A stretch of 64,000 nt of DNA, from contig NC_134477.1 in assembly GCF_964194025.1 (NCBI RefSeq), positions 44,330,001 to 44,394,000 of the forward strand. The letters are read 5' to 3'. This document shows, piece after piece, positions 40,294 to 53,247 of this stretch (position 1 is its first letter; each line of letters begins with the position of its first letter). A program made the position numbers and the translations under genes. Below the pieces are notes generated by a model, which saw only the letters and a list, made by a program, of their open reading frames with translations, searched no databases and was not told the DNA's origin. This DNA comes from Convolutriloba macropyga (lineage: Eukaryota).

Positions 40294-42166
40294 GCCCGTC
40301 AGGTGGGGCCATTGAAATCATGGGGGGGGGGGTATCTGAGTGAGCTTTTTACGGGTGCACAAAGTTCCGAGAACGGAGAGGTTCCAACTTGCGATCTTCA
40401 TATGCCACTGCTTTCTTAACTCAGCGGTACCGATAAAATCAAGCAAAGGGAGAAGTCAAATCACTCAAGAGGAAGAATGTTTTAGAACCAATGTAAAACG
40501 AAAAAAGGATCGGCAGACGACGAAATGAAAAACCAAGATCACCGCAATAAAGCGATTCTGAGCGTACAGCTATAATTGAGTCAGACTTTCATCGAGAGCA
40601 ATTGAAAATGGTCTTCATATATGGAGAAAAATTGTACGAAAATCAATTTCTGCAATATTGGCTGATGCATTTTCTCTCTCCGTTCTAGTGATTATCGAAC
40701 TCGCCATTTAGGAAAATTCAATGTCAACCCTGATTTTTAGAACTCTTGCAACTCATTAACATTATCAATCAGCCAACTATTTTTTTTTCGAAATCACAGA
40801 TTATGGTGAGCTTTCTGTGCCTCGCAGACATAGTGAGCCACAAGCTATTGTCTACTTCAAACAAAAATCTGTATCGAATTGATAATTTTATGCACCCAGT
40901 ATCTTCAGTGAAGCTGACTGAACTTACATTTGATCAAAAGTAAACGAGCGTCATTTACGCCTCTTCACAAAAATCATTGAATAGAATTCAATTTCAGCCT
41001 CCATATTGATCTTGATTGATCAACTTAAAAAAAACATACCCGGCAGATTGCCGGAAAATAGCCGCCGTTGATTCCAATAAGCATGATTGGGATTGAAATA
41101 ACAGAATATATTGAAAAAAAAAGATTTTTGTACAAAAACATTTTTTTAAGTCCGATTTATTTTGATGGCATTTCGTGGTTGAACATACTTCTGTTTTAGA
41201 GAGAGGCTACAGGGGCTACCATCAATAACAATAAGCCCGTCAGGTGGGGCCATTGAAATCATGGGGGGGTATCTGAGTGAGCTTTTTACGGGTGCACAAA
41301 GTTCCGAGAACGGAGAGGTTCCAACTTGCGATCTTCATATGCCACTGCTTTCTTAACTCAGCGGTACCGATAAAATCAAGCAAAGGGAGAAGTCAAATCA
41401 CTCAAGAGGAAGAATGTTTTAGAACCAATGTAAAACGAAAAAAGGATCGGCAGACGACGAAATGAAAAACCAAGATCACCGCAATAAAGCGATTCTGAGC
41501 GTACAGCTATAATTGAGTCAGACTTTCATCGAGAGCAATTGAAAATGGTCTTCATATATGGAGAAAAATTGTACGAAAATCAATTTCTGCAATATTGGCT
41601 GATGCATTTTCTCTCCGTTCTAGTGATTATCGAACTCGCCATTTAGGAAAATTCAATGTCAACCCTGATTTTTAGAACTCTTGCAACTCATTAACATTAT
41701 CAATCAGCCAACTATTTTTTTTTCGAAATCACAGATTATGGTGAGCTTTCTGTGCCTCGCAGACATAGTGAGCCACAAGCTATTGTCTACTTCAAACAAA
41801 AATCTGTATCGAATTGATAATTTTATGCACCCAGTATCTTCAGTGAAGCTGACTGAACTTACATTTGATCAAAAGTAAACGAGCGTCATTTACGCCTCTT
41901 CACAAAAATCATTGAATAGAATTCAATTTCAGCCTCCATATTGATCTTGATTGATCAACTTAAAAAAACATACCCGGCAGATTGCCGGAAAATAGCCGCC
42001 GTTGATTCCAATAAGCATGATTGGGATTGAAATAACGAAATATATTGAAAAAAAAAAGATTTTTGTACAAAAACATTTTTTTAAGTCCGATTTATTTTGA
42101 TGGCATTTCGTGGTTGAACATACTTCTGTTTTAGAGAGAGGCTACAGGGGCTACCATCAATAATAA
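40294..42166 (+). repeat. Near-identical tandem duplication, unit about 941 bp (40294-41234, 41235-42166)
   Basis: Identical ORF pairs 40340/41277 and 40746/41681. Differences are mostly homopolymer or dinucleotide length. Confidence 0.95.
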
Positions 42167-43061
42167 GCATTAGAGATGGTAAATAAGACTTATAGGAACG
42201 ACGTTCAAATAGCGGGCATCTAAAATTGGGCTTTATGGGTTTATCCCGTTTCTATTTCTGACATCCATTTTTGTACTAACTCTGTTCATTTTGAATTGCT
42301 TTGCTGAGCAACTGATGTTCAAAATCACTTTTAGCAGAATGAGAGAAGAGAGAAACTAGCCTAGAGAAGTCAAAAAGATTTCACGCAAAATGTTGAAAAG
42401 GCGGCAAAATGAGGTAAAGCGAAACATTTTTTTATTCGACGAAGTAAAACATAGCAGGACAAGTACTGACGTACAATTCAAAGAATTTTCATTGACTAAA
42501 CAGAAAAACTAGACCAAGAATGTACTATGAGTGAATTGAGAAAACCATTTTTAAAAAAAAAATCAGATCAAAAAATAAGAAAAAAAAACAGAAAATCAAT
42601 GTCAAAATGCCGCATGTGAACAAAAAAACCACTAGCGAGAAATGAAAATTCAATTCAAACAAAAAACTAGGCCTAGAATGAGCTGTGAATGATTGGGAGA
42701 ACCATTTAGAAAAAAATCTGATCCAAAAAATCGAAAAAACAGTAAAAATCAGAGTGAAATTGCCGCATGTGAAAAAAAAACCACTACCGAGAAACCGAAT
42801 TTTTGTTCAGACACCATTTTCTCACTCTACTTTAAAATTAGAGCGAAAAAAATTCACGCCGCAAAACCACTCGCTTTTTCGCTCTATTTCCAGTTTCGGC
42901 ATGACTAAAATCACTACTCCAATTTGACTTCAAAAATCATGAAAATGTGTGAACAGATCTTAAAAAAAAGACAGCGCCCCAATACAATTCAAATTCTTTG
43001 AATTGTAAAAAAAATAGGAGCGCTATAATAGCCGGCTGAGAAGATGAGGGCGGCTATTAAA
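41969..43061 (-). mobile_element. Helentron-like family S with complete family Q element nested at 42450-43007
   Basis: S: CATACCCGGCAGATTGCCGGAAAATAGCCGC ... GCGGCTATTAAA. Q has its own 17-bp subTIR TACAATTCAAAGAATTT / AAATTCTTTGAATTGTA. Confidence 0.75.
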
Positions 43062-43097
43062 CACAAGATAAATCGTTTAATTCCTTAACATTCACCA

Positions 43098-43333
43098 TCA
43101 AATCTTTCTTGTTGCTTCCGTTTTATGCGCTGCTCTAATCGACGGCACATCCAGAATACCCGGCCTTCTAAATGCATTGTAGTTGGGTTTCAGTCCATAG
43201 AATCTTTTAATTTTCTCGTGTTTGTCTAATTTGTAGTCGTAATCATAGACAGTCTGTCGTAACTCTTCGTCACTCAGTTCACCTTCTGGGGTTAAGTTGG
43301 TGCCCGGCAGCGTGTGCCCGTCTTGCGGTGAAG
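43098..43333 (-). CDS. MRPS5: Mitochondrial ribosomal protein S5 (uS5m), exon 7 (last)
   Basis: TTTAG acceptor, phase 1, giving ...PILL|ASPQDG..., similar to recalled PIVVASP. TGA stop at 43100-43098. Confidence 0.8.
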
Positions 43334-43683
43334 CTAAATGCAAAAATACATCAATTTAGTACTCAAAAAATAACGTTGCGGAAATAGCTGCGAAATAGAC
43401 TTTAGTGATGAAGAATATAGATAGCAACAGATAAAATTGAGTTGATGGATTGATTTGCTCAAGAATTAAGTAATACTTTTTCATTTAAGTTCTAGTAGTA
43501 AACTGCCACCAATTGTATTCAGCTGCTAAAAATTCCGAATGAGCGACGAATTTAGATCACGCATTTAGATCAACAAATTGAGTGAGAAAAGTCAAAACGG
43601 TTAAACAATAAAAATTTGCAAGAAAACATTACAATTGATTCAAAATTCGTTAATGAGCAATTAAAAATCAAAATTTACTCTAC

Positions 43684-43892
43684 CTAATAAAATGGGATAA
43701 TAGGGTATGTCGTCTCTAAACATGACAACATTCAGTTTCTTCTCGTCTGCAATCTGCTGATAGGTCTTCTGGTTGGAGAGGATCTCAAAGACTGCCTTGA
43801 CTACTTTAAGAGTGTTCGTTGGACCCTCGATCTTGGCACGTAGGTCAGTTATCCCAGCTAACTGAACTATCTCTCGTATCACTCGCGAACAT
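43684..43892 (-). CDS. MRPS5: MRPS5 exon 6
   Basis: KCSRVIREIVQLAGITDLRAKIEG...QKTYQQIADEKKLNVV is the S5 C-terminal domain. TTACAG acceptor, G|GTAGAG donor. Confidence 0.9.
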
Positions 43893-45879
43893 CTGTAAAC
43901 ACAAAGCTTTACCATCTCGCTAATTTGTCGCGAAGAACAGCCAATTTGAGTTTCACTTAGGAATCAATGCCACTTTTACATGGAGACAATTAGCGAGTTC
44001 ATTAAAGTAGATATAATTCAGCCAAACCACCAAAATTTAAGTAATCATGAATACGAGAACGAAGCTCAAGTCGAGAACGAAGCTATCTGTTACAAACATT
44101 ACCAAAAGAGAAAAAGGCACAAAATTTAAGCATTTTTTATTAGTAATTTACTTGAAGACTCAACGAAGACTCTTACCATTTATCGTATTAAAGTTTTGTC
44201 CAAAAACTTCAGAATATCTATAGCCGCAAAGCTAGAAATTTGAGCTAATTTTGCTCAGTGTGCGTCCCTCACTCCATTATTCGCCAGCCAATCTATTTAC
44301 TTCTTACAGGTCACATTGTGAAAAATGGGGATAGTGGTGGCTTGTATTAATCAAATTTAAGTTAACTTCTTTTGTAGTTATGCCAGTTCTATTTATAATA
44401 TTTTTCAAAATTTGAAATTTCAAAAGACAGCCACAAACTGCAACCTGATATGAAGATTATTATTATTATTCCAACCTCCAATTCATTTGGGGGCAAGGAT
44501 CTTTATGCTACCCTGGCTTTTTTGTTCAGTGAATTTTGGCCGATCGATATCTTTTACGGAGATACAAAAGTGGTAGCATTGAAAAGCCCTAAAAAAACTG
44601 AACCTTTTCAGATTAGAAGACTTTTTAATCTGAGGCTTTTTCAAATTAAAAAACTACTGCTAACAGGAAATTTTCGTAGAAAAAGAGTTTACAAAAATAT
44701 AGTCAATCAGACCTTGACTTAAAAAGAAATAGCCTCCGTAAGAAATATCCTTCTCAAGTATGTAGATTTTAGTTTTCTGATTATTCAAATGTTTTCAAAT
44801 ATTTTACCAAAAATATTCATTCCTCCAAACGTACGCTTAGATTTCCAATACCAAATCAAAAGGATACGCTGCGTTTTCCTATGGAGCAAGTACAAAACTT
44901 TACGATGAAAAATGACAGATTGATAACTGAACTTTAGCTTCTGTGCGTCTGCTTTGATTCTCTACCCTTTTATTTCTAGAAGGAAGAGTGAGGGTTAAAG
45001 TTATCAAAATATTTCTTATCTCTAATCGTTTCTCAATTTGTATAAGCTCAGCTTAATAGCCTAAAAATAAATGAAATTTATTGGGAAATATGATCGATCT
45101 TCTAGTTTGCCACATTTTTTTTGAGAAAATCAACCATCAATTAATGAAAAAAATTACCTGATAACATATGAATGAAACATAACAGATGTATTGTGGGGAA
45201 TTATGGCCACCATTGATTCCCTGGGTGTCAGAAAAAAATCATAAGAAGACAATATGATTTGTCAGCAATTCAGTGTCCTAAACGCAAACGCTAGGTCAAG
45301 TTTGCTCAAAAAATCAAATTCTATAACTTTGAAATAGTGAGGAATGTCGGTCATAATTCAAGTGTAAAAAGGGAGACTAGTGTAAATTCGAAAAACGTGA
45401 ACAAACAGCGAAGAAAATTTGTAAAACATCGATGAAAGACTTGAAATCTTTTGAAGCAAAAATTGACCCAATCGAACTTTGACGATAAATTCAAATCAAC
45501 TTCTTACATCGTGAATTTGGCCAATGTACTGGGGAAATTTGGAAAAGCTGCTTCTTCAAAACAGTTATCTTGTAAGTTCAGATAGATATGAAACTACCAC
45601 TTAATCAACAACTCATTCCAAATTACGCAAAATTGTAACTACGGTGGAAATCGAGAAAACTCAGGAAAACGAAACGGAGCTCAAATTGTTTCAAAATTAA
45701 ACTAACTTATCCAACGAAATCTGTAAGTTGAGGTTTTAACCTTTATTCACTGGAAACCATCCATATTCTTTTCTGTGCTGTGTTCAATGATTACCTATAC
45801 AAGGGATGCTGCCTTAACGAAAAAAAACCACCAGTAAGAAAAGAAAAAAAACATTTAAAAAAGTTAGTTTACTGCTTTA

Positions 45880-46900
45880 ATAACAAAGAGAGACAGCAAC
45901 GGACGAAAAACAACAATTACCCTTTTTTTGGGTCTACAAAAAACCATTTTTCGCATCAACTCGGGTGCGAACCCAAGCCCCTCGCCTACCAATGATAGGT
46001 CTCAGCGCTTACGCTACCGATGTGTATTGCATTTATCTATTTCTCTTTCTGAATGAGCAATATCTTGGCCAATGGCTTTACTGGCTCGCCTGTTTTGATT
46101 AGGAGCCAAAATATGATAAAAGAGACAGAAAAGATAAAACGAAAAGGAACGAAATAAAAGGAATGAAAAAAAAAACGAAAAAGAAAACCAACTTTTCAAA
46201 TGAGTGCTCCAGGAAAATTAGACTCGAAGCTCTGCCCCTCGCTTGGCATTCATTGGTCTTATCCTCTAAGCTACCAAAGCCTATGACGCCTATTGACCTC
46301 TCTAATGAGCAAATTTTTGGTTAGTGGATAATTCGTTAGCTTGTTTTTGCAATGCTGCATGCTTTATGAGTGCAAAAGAAAAAGGAAAGAAAGACAGGAG
46401 TGGATGCAATACAACAATTACCCAATTTTTGGGTCAAGAAAAAAGCCATTTTCTGTAACAACTCGGGTGCGAACACTTGCCCCTGGCTTAACAGCCATAG
46501 GCCTTATCACTTACTCTACCGATGTGTATTGCATGTCTATTGCTTTTTCTTAATCAGCTAAAATTTATTCAATGCTTTAATGGCTCGCTTGTTTTGGCAA
46601 GTTTAATGAGCGCAAAACGTGCAGATTGGGAGCCGAAAAATGACAAAAGTAAAGATGAGAAAGAAAAGAAAAACCAAAAAGGAAGGAAATAAAAGGAACG
46701 AAGAAAAAGAACGAAAGAAAACAAAACCAACTTCTGAAACTTGTGGTTCAGGAAACCATGCGTCTTTTTCAGCCGTTAATTAGACATGAACCCCGCCTAT
46801 CTCTAGCTTGAAAGTCATTGGTCTTATCCTCTACGCTACCGATGCCTATTGACCATTCTAATGAGCACATTTTTGGTTAAAGGCTATTTGGCTAATTTGT
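45880..46900 (-). repeat. Higher-order tandem repeat (A-B-A-B) containing four tRNA-derived, SINE-like heads
   Basis: Units near 45958-46022, 46218-46278, 46460-46523 and 46780-46843. On the minus strand they show A-box-like TAGCGTAG/AAG and B-box-like GGTTCGCACCC. Confidence 0.6.
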
Positions 46901-47183
46901 TATAAATAAGCGGCACGCTTGCTGAGTGAAAAAAATGAGCGAATTAGTAACCTAAAAATGGAGATATTGCGCGTCTCGAAACGCAAGCATTACGCTAGGC
47001 TGCATAATTAAAGCCCGTTAAAACTTGTGAGGATTGGAGCTTTAACATGGTGGTACAGCATTCGATTTAGAATTAATATACAGAAGCACAACTATCGACA
47101 TAGGCACAAAAAGTCAATACGAAGCAAAATTTTGATCTCATCTAGTAAATCGCTTTAGAAACAGTTGAAAATGAAATCGCGAA

Positions 47184-48883
47184 CATAGCTGGTAGATTGC
47201 CAGAAAATAGCCGCAATAGCTTTGTAGATCTGCAGTCTGAAAGATTTAAAAAGACAGACTAAAAGAAATTAGTTTTTCATTAAGAAAGGAGATTTTGAAA
47301 TTTTAATTAGGAATCTGTATAACTTATTGCTGCTTCTATTAGCTGCTCTTAAATAACCTTCAATTAGAGTGATATACACTCACTTGACCTTATCTCTTTG
47401 AATTAAAGTAAAGAAAAAATCAATTCCAGAGTGAGGAGGTCATTTTTGAGGATGAGGTAAGTCACGAGTAACCAAAAATTTAATCACGCGAATGAACAAA
47501 AAAACTCACTCCACTTAGAGTGAAAAAAAAACGTTACGCACGCAATTCAGTTGAAATTGCATGAACGACAGAACAGAAAGCAGATTTAAGTGATTGTGAC
47601 GTCATATGGTCGTAACAAAAATTGGGTCGAAATAAAAAACATAGCCGGTAGATTGCCGGAAAATAGCCGCGATAGACGCTCGTGGCCTTCCAGGAATTGA
47701 AACACCTAAAGAAATAAGATAGACAGATCGACCACCAGTCCTTCAATAGACCACTAGACTTTTCGGGTTAGCTTCGGACTGTCAATTTTTGACACATACG
47801 TTCTATAAGGAAAACGCCCTTAAAGAGCTATTTCAAAATTGATATTCGAAATCAAAAACTCAAGACTAATAATCACAAATTAGGGCATATAAGATTGGCA
47901 CAACTTAGATGCACACTATTAACTAGTAAATCTTCATTAAAAATTAAAGTTCCATAAGTGAGTTCAGAAGTCAATTTTTTGAGTGAGGTAAGTCACGCAA
48001 TTGACCTAAAAGCAGAAACAACGTCACGTACACAAATTTTAACTGCAAAGCAATAGAAGTCCTTGAAGTCAATTCCGAGAAGTCAATTCCAAGAAGTCAG
48101 GTCGTAAGAATCATCGATGGAGACGACGAATAAAAAAACATAGCCGGTAGAATACCGGAAACGACTCGAATCGTCGTGCATAATAATCTCTACCCTAACT
48201 TGGACAAAATCACAAAATCAGAATATCGAAAAAAACACTAGAAATAACAAAAATAGTAGACCAATCTAACATAAAAAGCGTTAAAATTTTTATTCAGTTC
48301 AGGGGTGTGGGTAGGTGCTGGTGGGGGGGGGGGGGGGTTGGTAGGTGGTGGTGGGGGTAGGTGCGTTGCGGGGGTAGGTAGGTAGGAATGAGGGGGGGGG
48401 GGGTAGGTACGAGGGGGAGGGAGGTAGGTAGTTGGGGGGGGGGTAGGTACGTCGGGGGGGGGGGGTAGGTACGTTGAAGGGGGGTAGGGGGGGGGTAGGT
48501 ACGTTGAAGGGGGGTAGTTGTTTTTGGAGGGCGGTTTAGGTAGTTAAATGGGATCAAATTTTCTCAAATTGACTTCTCCACCTTGAATTACAGACTGTTA
48601 CCAATTGCTATACATTACAAACTAAGCTATTGTTAAAGTCCAATGTTCGAAAACAGAAGTCAACAATCAAAAACGGAGGTAAAAGCTCGAATAGAAAGAA
48701 GTCAAAATTCAAGTCATGAACAAACTTGCTTTCTGCTAAAAAAAACCTGTAGAATCTCAATACTCCTCTTCGAGTCGTAAAAAACCACGATGTCCCCAAT
48801 AATAGCCGCTATCGCTTCGCGGCTATTAAAAACCGAGAGAAGGCCAAAAACAGCCTCGGCTATCGCTTCGCGGCTATTTAAAA
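47184..48883 (-). mobile_element. Triple nest of Helentron-like elements P[R[T]]
   Basis: P body 47184-47639, R body 47640-48138, complete T 48139-48784 (subTIR ACGACTCGAA/TTCGAGTCGT), R terminus 48785-48832, P terminus 48833-48883. Confidence 0.8.
48301..48542 (+). repeat. G-rich low-complexity repeat (G-runs with TAGGT linkers)
   Basis: More than a dozen runs of 4 or more G, lying inside element T. Confidence 0.9.
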
Positions 48884-49056
48884 CACATCTAAAAAACTAA
48901 CAAAAATTACTAACTGCAACAATGAAATTTTTTGCGGTGAAGCGAAAGCTTCCCGTAGAAGAAAAAACATGCAGCAAAGAAAACCACGAAATGACTAAAA
49001 TTGCAAATAAAAATGTATAAACTGTCCTAAGCAAACAACTTTGCTTACTTTAATCA

Positions 49057-51713
49057 TTAATAGCCGCCAATGATTCCCAAAACCACGATTGGGATTGAAA
49101 GGACAGAAATGAAAAATACAATATAGGAACAAAGCTCAAGTACCGGGAAGCTAAAATGTCTTTTTGGGTTTATCCTGTTTCAATGCTTGATTTCATTACT
49201 ATGAATTTATTCATTTTAGATTCCTTTGATGAGCAGCTAATTATTAAAAGCGCTTTCAACAGGAGCGAAGAAACAAAATTTGATTCGACGAAGTTCAGAA
49301 GAATAGCTGGAAGACTGGAAACGACACGAAATTGATATCCAATCAAACCCAGGCCAACTGCTAAAGAAGATTAAGCTCTTACTTAATAATAATCATTTTG
49401 CAACAAAAACATAGTAAAAATAACAAGAAAAAAGCCAACAAAAACTGGTAAAGCATCTGAACAAGCTTCTTCGCTAGTTCTTCCTCCGCAGAAAATATTG
49501 ACATACGAACGCGCAAATAGCCTTTATTCATATTTGATCACCAAATTAACAGAACCGAGAACCGTGCATACAAAAAACTGCGGAAAAGAAAAAGAAAACC
49601 TAAAACAAATTTCACAAAAACTCCTACAAATGTCAACGTGGTATTTCCCAACTATCACTGCAAATTCAGTGACCCACCTATTTCCTTTCAGACAAGAGGG
49701 AAATCAGAAAAAACTTAGAAAATTACATGTGCATCGTTCATTTCAGCAAAACTTCCCTGTATAACCACAAAGTTTTCTTTTCCATGAAATAGTGAGCAAG
49801 ACCAGCAATTTCGAAAACCAAATCAAGATATAGGCAAAAAAATTGAAAAAAAAATTAAACATTAAAACATAGCTGGCATATTGCCAGAAAATAGTCGCAA
49901 TACCATCGCAGATCTGCAGTCTCAAAAAGACAGTAAAAGAAACAGACCATAAAAATTCTTTTTATTAAATGCTCAGATGTTAGATTTTGACAAAGAATCT
50001 GTCCAACACTCACTTCAATTCATCTATTTGAATTAAAATAAGGAAAAGTCACTTTTAGAGTGAGGAAGTCGTTTTTGAGAGTGAGATAAGTCAAGCGGGA
50101 CCAAAAACTCCATCACGCCAATGAACACCAAAACTCGCTCCACTAAGAGTTTAAAATGACGATATGCACGCAATTCAGTTGAAATTGCATGAACGAAAGA
50201 AAAAAAAGCAGATTTGAATTGGTTGTGACATCATCTGGTCGTAACAAAAATCTCTACGACGAAATAAAAAACAAGAGAAGACCAATAACAGCCCCAGCTA
50301 TCGTTGTGAGGCTATTTAAAATAAATTTGCAACAAAGTTGTAACAAAATTGCTATTCCAAAAGCATTTTTTATAATAAAGAGTCTGGTAAAATTTCATCG
50401 TGTTCAGCATATGAATATCAAATGATAAATAACCAGCGATACATTACGCAAAAAAAACGACAAAAAAGAGTTAAAGGTTAAAATCTTCAAAAAAACGTTA
50501 ATATTTTTAAATTCATTACAAATTGCAAAGTCTCAATAACTGTTCTCAACACATCTTTAGAAACAGTTCCTGCGTATTCATTGAGCACCCATAGGACCAA
50601 CAAACAGTGGAAAACCCTTAAACAAGAGCAAGAAAAAAAATTTGCAGCATTGATTATTTTTTTATTGAAAATATGAGCAATCAATTCTTTACTAGTTTTC
50701 ACTTAAAAACCAAAACCCTACAAAAAAACTTAATAAAACGATTCATGGTAAAACTTTTTTAACAACTGAGAAAAAGATGAATTAGACAGAACACTTCGAA
50801 AAAAATGTAAAAGTTGTTAAAATTTAGCGCCATTTCTGCAACTAAAACAAACATAAAACGCTTTTTACGAAATGAAGAGGCCATGAAAACTAAAATAAAA
50901 ACGACTTTCAACGCAATTTTTAACCAAAAAATAACCGCAGTTAAAAAACGTTAAAAACGTCTAAAACAGCGAAATCAGAAATATGTAGGACTGAAAAATC
51001 AGAAATTATATGACTGAAATGTTCAAAAATGCACCCAAACGCACACTACTTGTTAACAGGGTTCAAAAAGACCACTTCACCTGAGAAACTAAAGTGAAAA
51101 CTGAAACACTGCTTCAAAAAAGCCGCAAGTGATCAAAACATTTCGATCGCTTAGCGAAAAATTTATTACACCTACTTTTCTCGCTCTATCTCAAAAACGC
51201 TGCATGATCAGAAAATTTCCTTTTTTTCTTCAATTCGTTCAGCCGTTTGACCAAAACAGTTAGGTTTCACGTTTTCAATGTTTTGCATCTCTTTTACTTT
51301 ACTCATGTCATCACGGCCGATGATTTCGAAAAAAAAAACAGGGAAAGAATGATGAATGTTTAAACTTTTTAACAGCTTTACTACAAACAATTTAAAAACT
51401 GCCGGTTTAAAAAACGCACAAAAATTGGGGAAAGTCTATTGTTATAGTGGCCTAATTAAATTACAAAATCAAGCGGATATAGCACCCCTTAGAGTTTTCA
51501 ATTGGTAATTGCCAAACTGCCACAAAATTTATTAGTTCAGAATTTTCACCCAATGGCAAGAAAAATGCCTTTCGCATAATCGAGTTTTCGACTAATATCC
51601 TACGCCCGGTTTCAAATACACACCAACAAAACCATCGATAAAAGAAGCTCCCCACCAATACTCCCCGTCAAGTCGCTATAATAGCCAGCTGAGACGATGA
51701 GGGCAGCTATTAA
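49057..51713 (-). mobile_element. Long family-S-like element containing a complete P copy (49868-50320)
   Basis: Starts TTAATAGCCGCC..TGATTCC...GATTGGGATTGAAA as in S and ends with the S-type terminus CGCTATAATAGCCAGCTGAGACGATGAGGGCAGCTATTAA. Confidence 0.55.
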
Positions 51714-51833
51714 CAAGAAGAAAAACCGATGAACAAAAAAATAAGTCAATAATTTTTTGCTATTCCTGAGAATAATATATGGGCCTAACATAATTTTTCA
51801 TGCATTGTTTAGCAGATAGATCTACAAACCGAA

Positions 51834-52806
51834 CATAGCCGACAGATTGCCGGAAAATAGCCGCGATAGATGCTTGTGGCTTTCCATGAATTGAAACAAC
51901 TTAAGAAATAAGAAAGACAGATCGACCACCAGTCCTTTAATAGACCACTATACTTTTGGGTTAGGTTCGGACTGTTAATTTTATAACACATACGGTCTAT
52001 AACGAAAAAAAGCTATTCCAAAATTGATATTCAAAATCAAAAACTCACGACTAATACTCAAGAATTAGGGCATATAAGTTTGGTACTATTTAGATGCACA
52101 CTATTGATCTTTAACTAGTGTTCATAAAAACAGAAATGACGTCACGCACACAAATTTTATCTGCGAAGTCACTGGAGTCATTGAAAAAGTCAACTGCAAG
52201 AAGTCAGGTCGTAGGAATCATCAATGGAGACGACGAATTAAAAACCATAGCAGTACCAGTCCTGACGTACAATTCAAAAATTTTTATTGACTAAACGAAA
52301 AGTAGACCTAGAACCGACTAAGAGTGAAATGGGAAAACCATTTCCAAAAAAAAAACAGATCAAAAAAATTTTAAAAAACCTCAAAAAATATGTCAAAATG
52401 CCGCATGTGAACAAAAAACTACTAGCGAGAAAAATTTGGTTCAAACAAAAAACTAGGCCTAGAGTGAACTTTAAATGGATTGGGAAAACCAGTTAGAAAA
52501 GTCCGATCCAAAATATCGAAAAAATAGAAAATCAGTGAAATTACCGCATGTGAGCAAAAAACCACTAGCGAGAAAACGAATTTTTGTTCAAACACCGTTT
52601 TCACACTCTACTTTAAAATTAGAGTGAAAAATTTCACGCCGCAAAACCACTCGCTTTTTCGCTCCACTACTCCAATTTGACTTCAAAAATCATGAAAATG
52701 TGTGAACAGATCTTAGAAGACAGCGCCCCAATACAATTCAAATTCTTTGAATCGTACAAAAACCACATGTCCCCAATAATAGCCGCAATCGCTTCACGGC
52801 TATTAA
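51834..52806 (-). mobile_element. Helentron-like family R with family Q nested at 52246-52757
   Basis: R body homologous to 47640-48138. Junction GACGACGAATTAAAAAC|CATAGCAG. R terminus CCACATGTCCCCAATAATAGCCGC..CGGCTATTAA. Confidence 0.75.
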
Positions 52807-53087
52807 CAATGCTCTGACAGCGCTTAAATACTATCCATTTGAGTAGCTGATGACGGCTATATAAACGGTTATTTGGTTGGATGGAACACTTCTTGTGCAA
52901 AGCACAGCCGATGCCAATCCCCCTTATTTCATTTTCTAAGCACATGAAAAACTGAAAGCATCAAATGGAAAGCATCTCGGAAAGCATCAAATGGAACAAA
53001 TCCTGAAAATGTTTCGTTTGATAAAGAAAAATTTTACAATTTGCAAAAACTGTGATTCAAAGGGGCATTATATTTAAAGAGACTGAC

Positions 53088-53247
53088 TTGAGGCCACCAC
53101 CAGGTTGCATTCGCCTCATGTGCACTGTGGTCCTATCCACATCTACAGTCGCATCCGTGAAGATCGTGTTGTGGTTTCTCTCCACAAATACCAGTTTTTT
53201 CGAGGCACTGTTCTTGGCAACACGCACTGCTTGCGTCAATTGGTCAG
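53088..53247 (-). CDS. MRPS5: MRPS5 exon 5
   Basis: AVRVAKNSASKKLVFVERNHNTIFTD...HMRRMQPGGGL, similar to recalled AKNRA...ERYEDHTIFHD. TTCTAG acceptor, AA|GTCAGT donor. Confidence 0.9.

Noticed and set aside
48294-48557. Proline-rich extensin-like ORF
   Set aside because: It is only the translation of the G-rich repeat inside a transposon.
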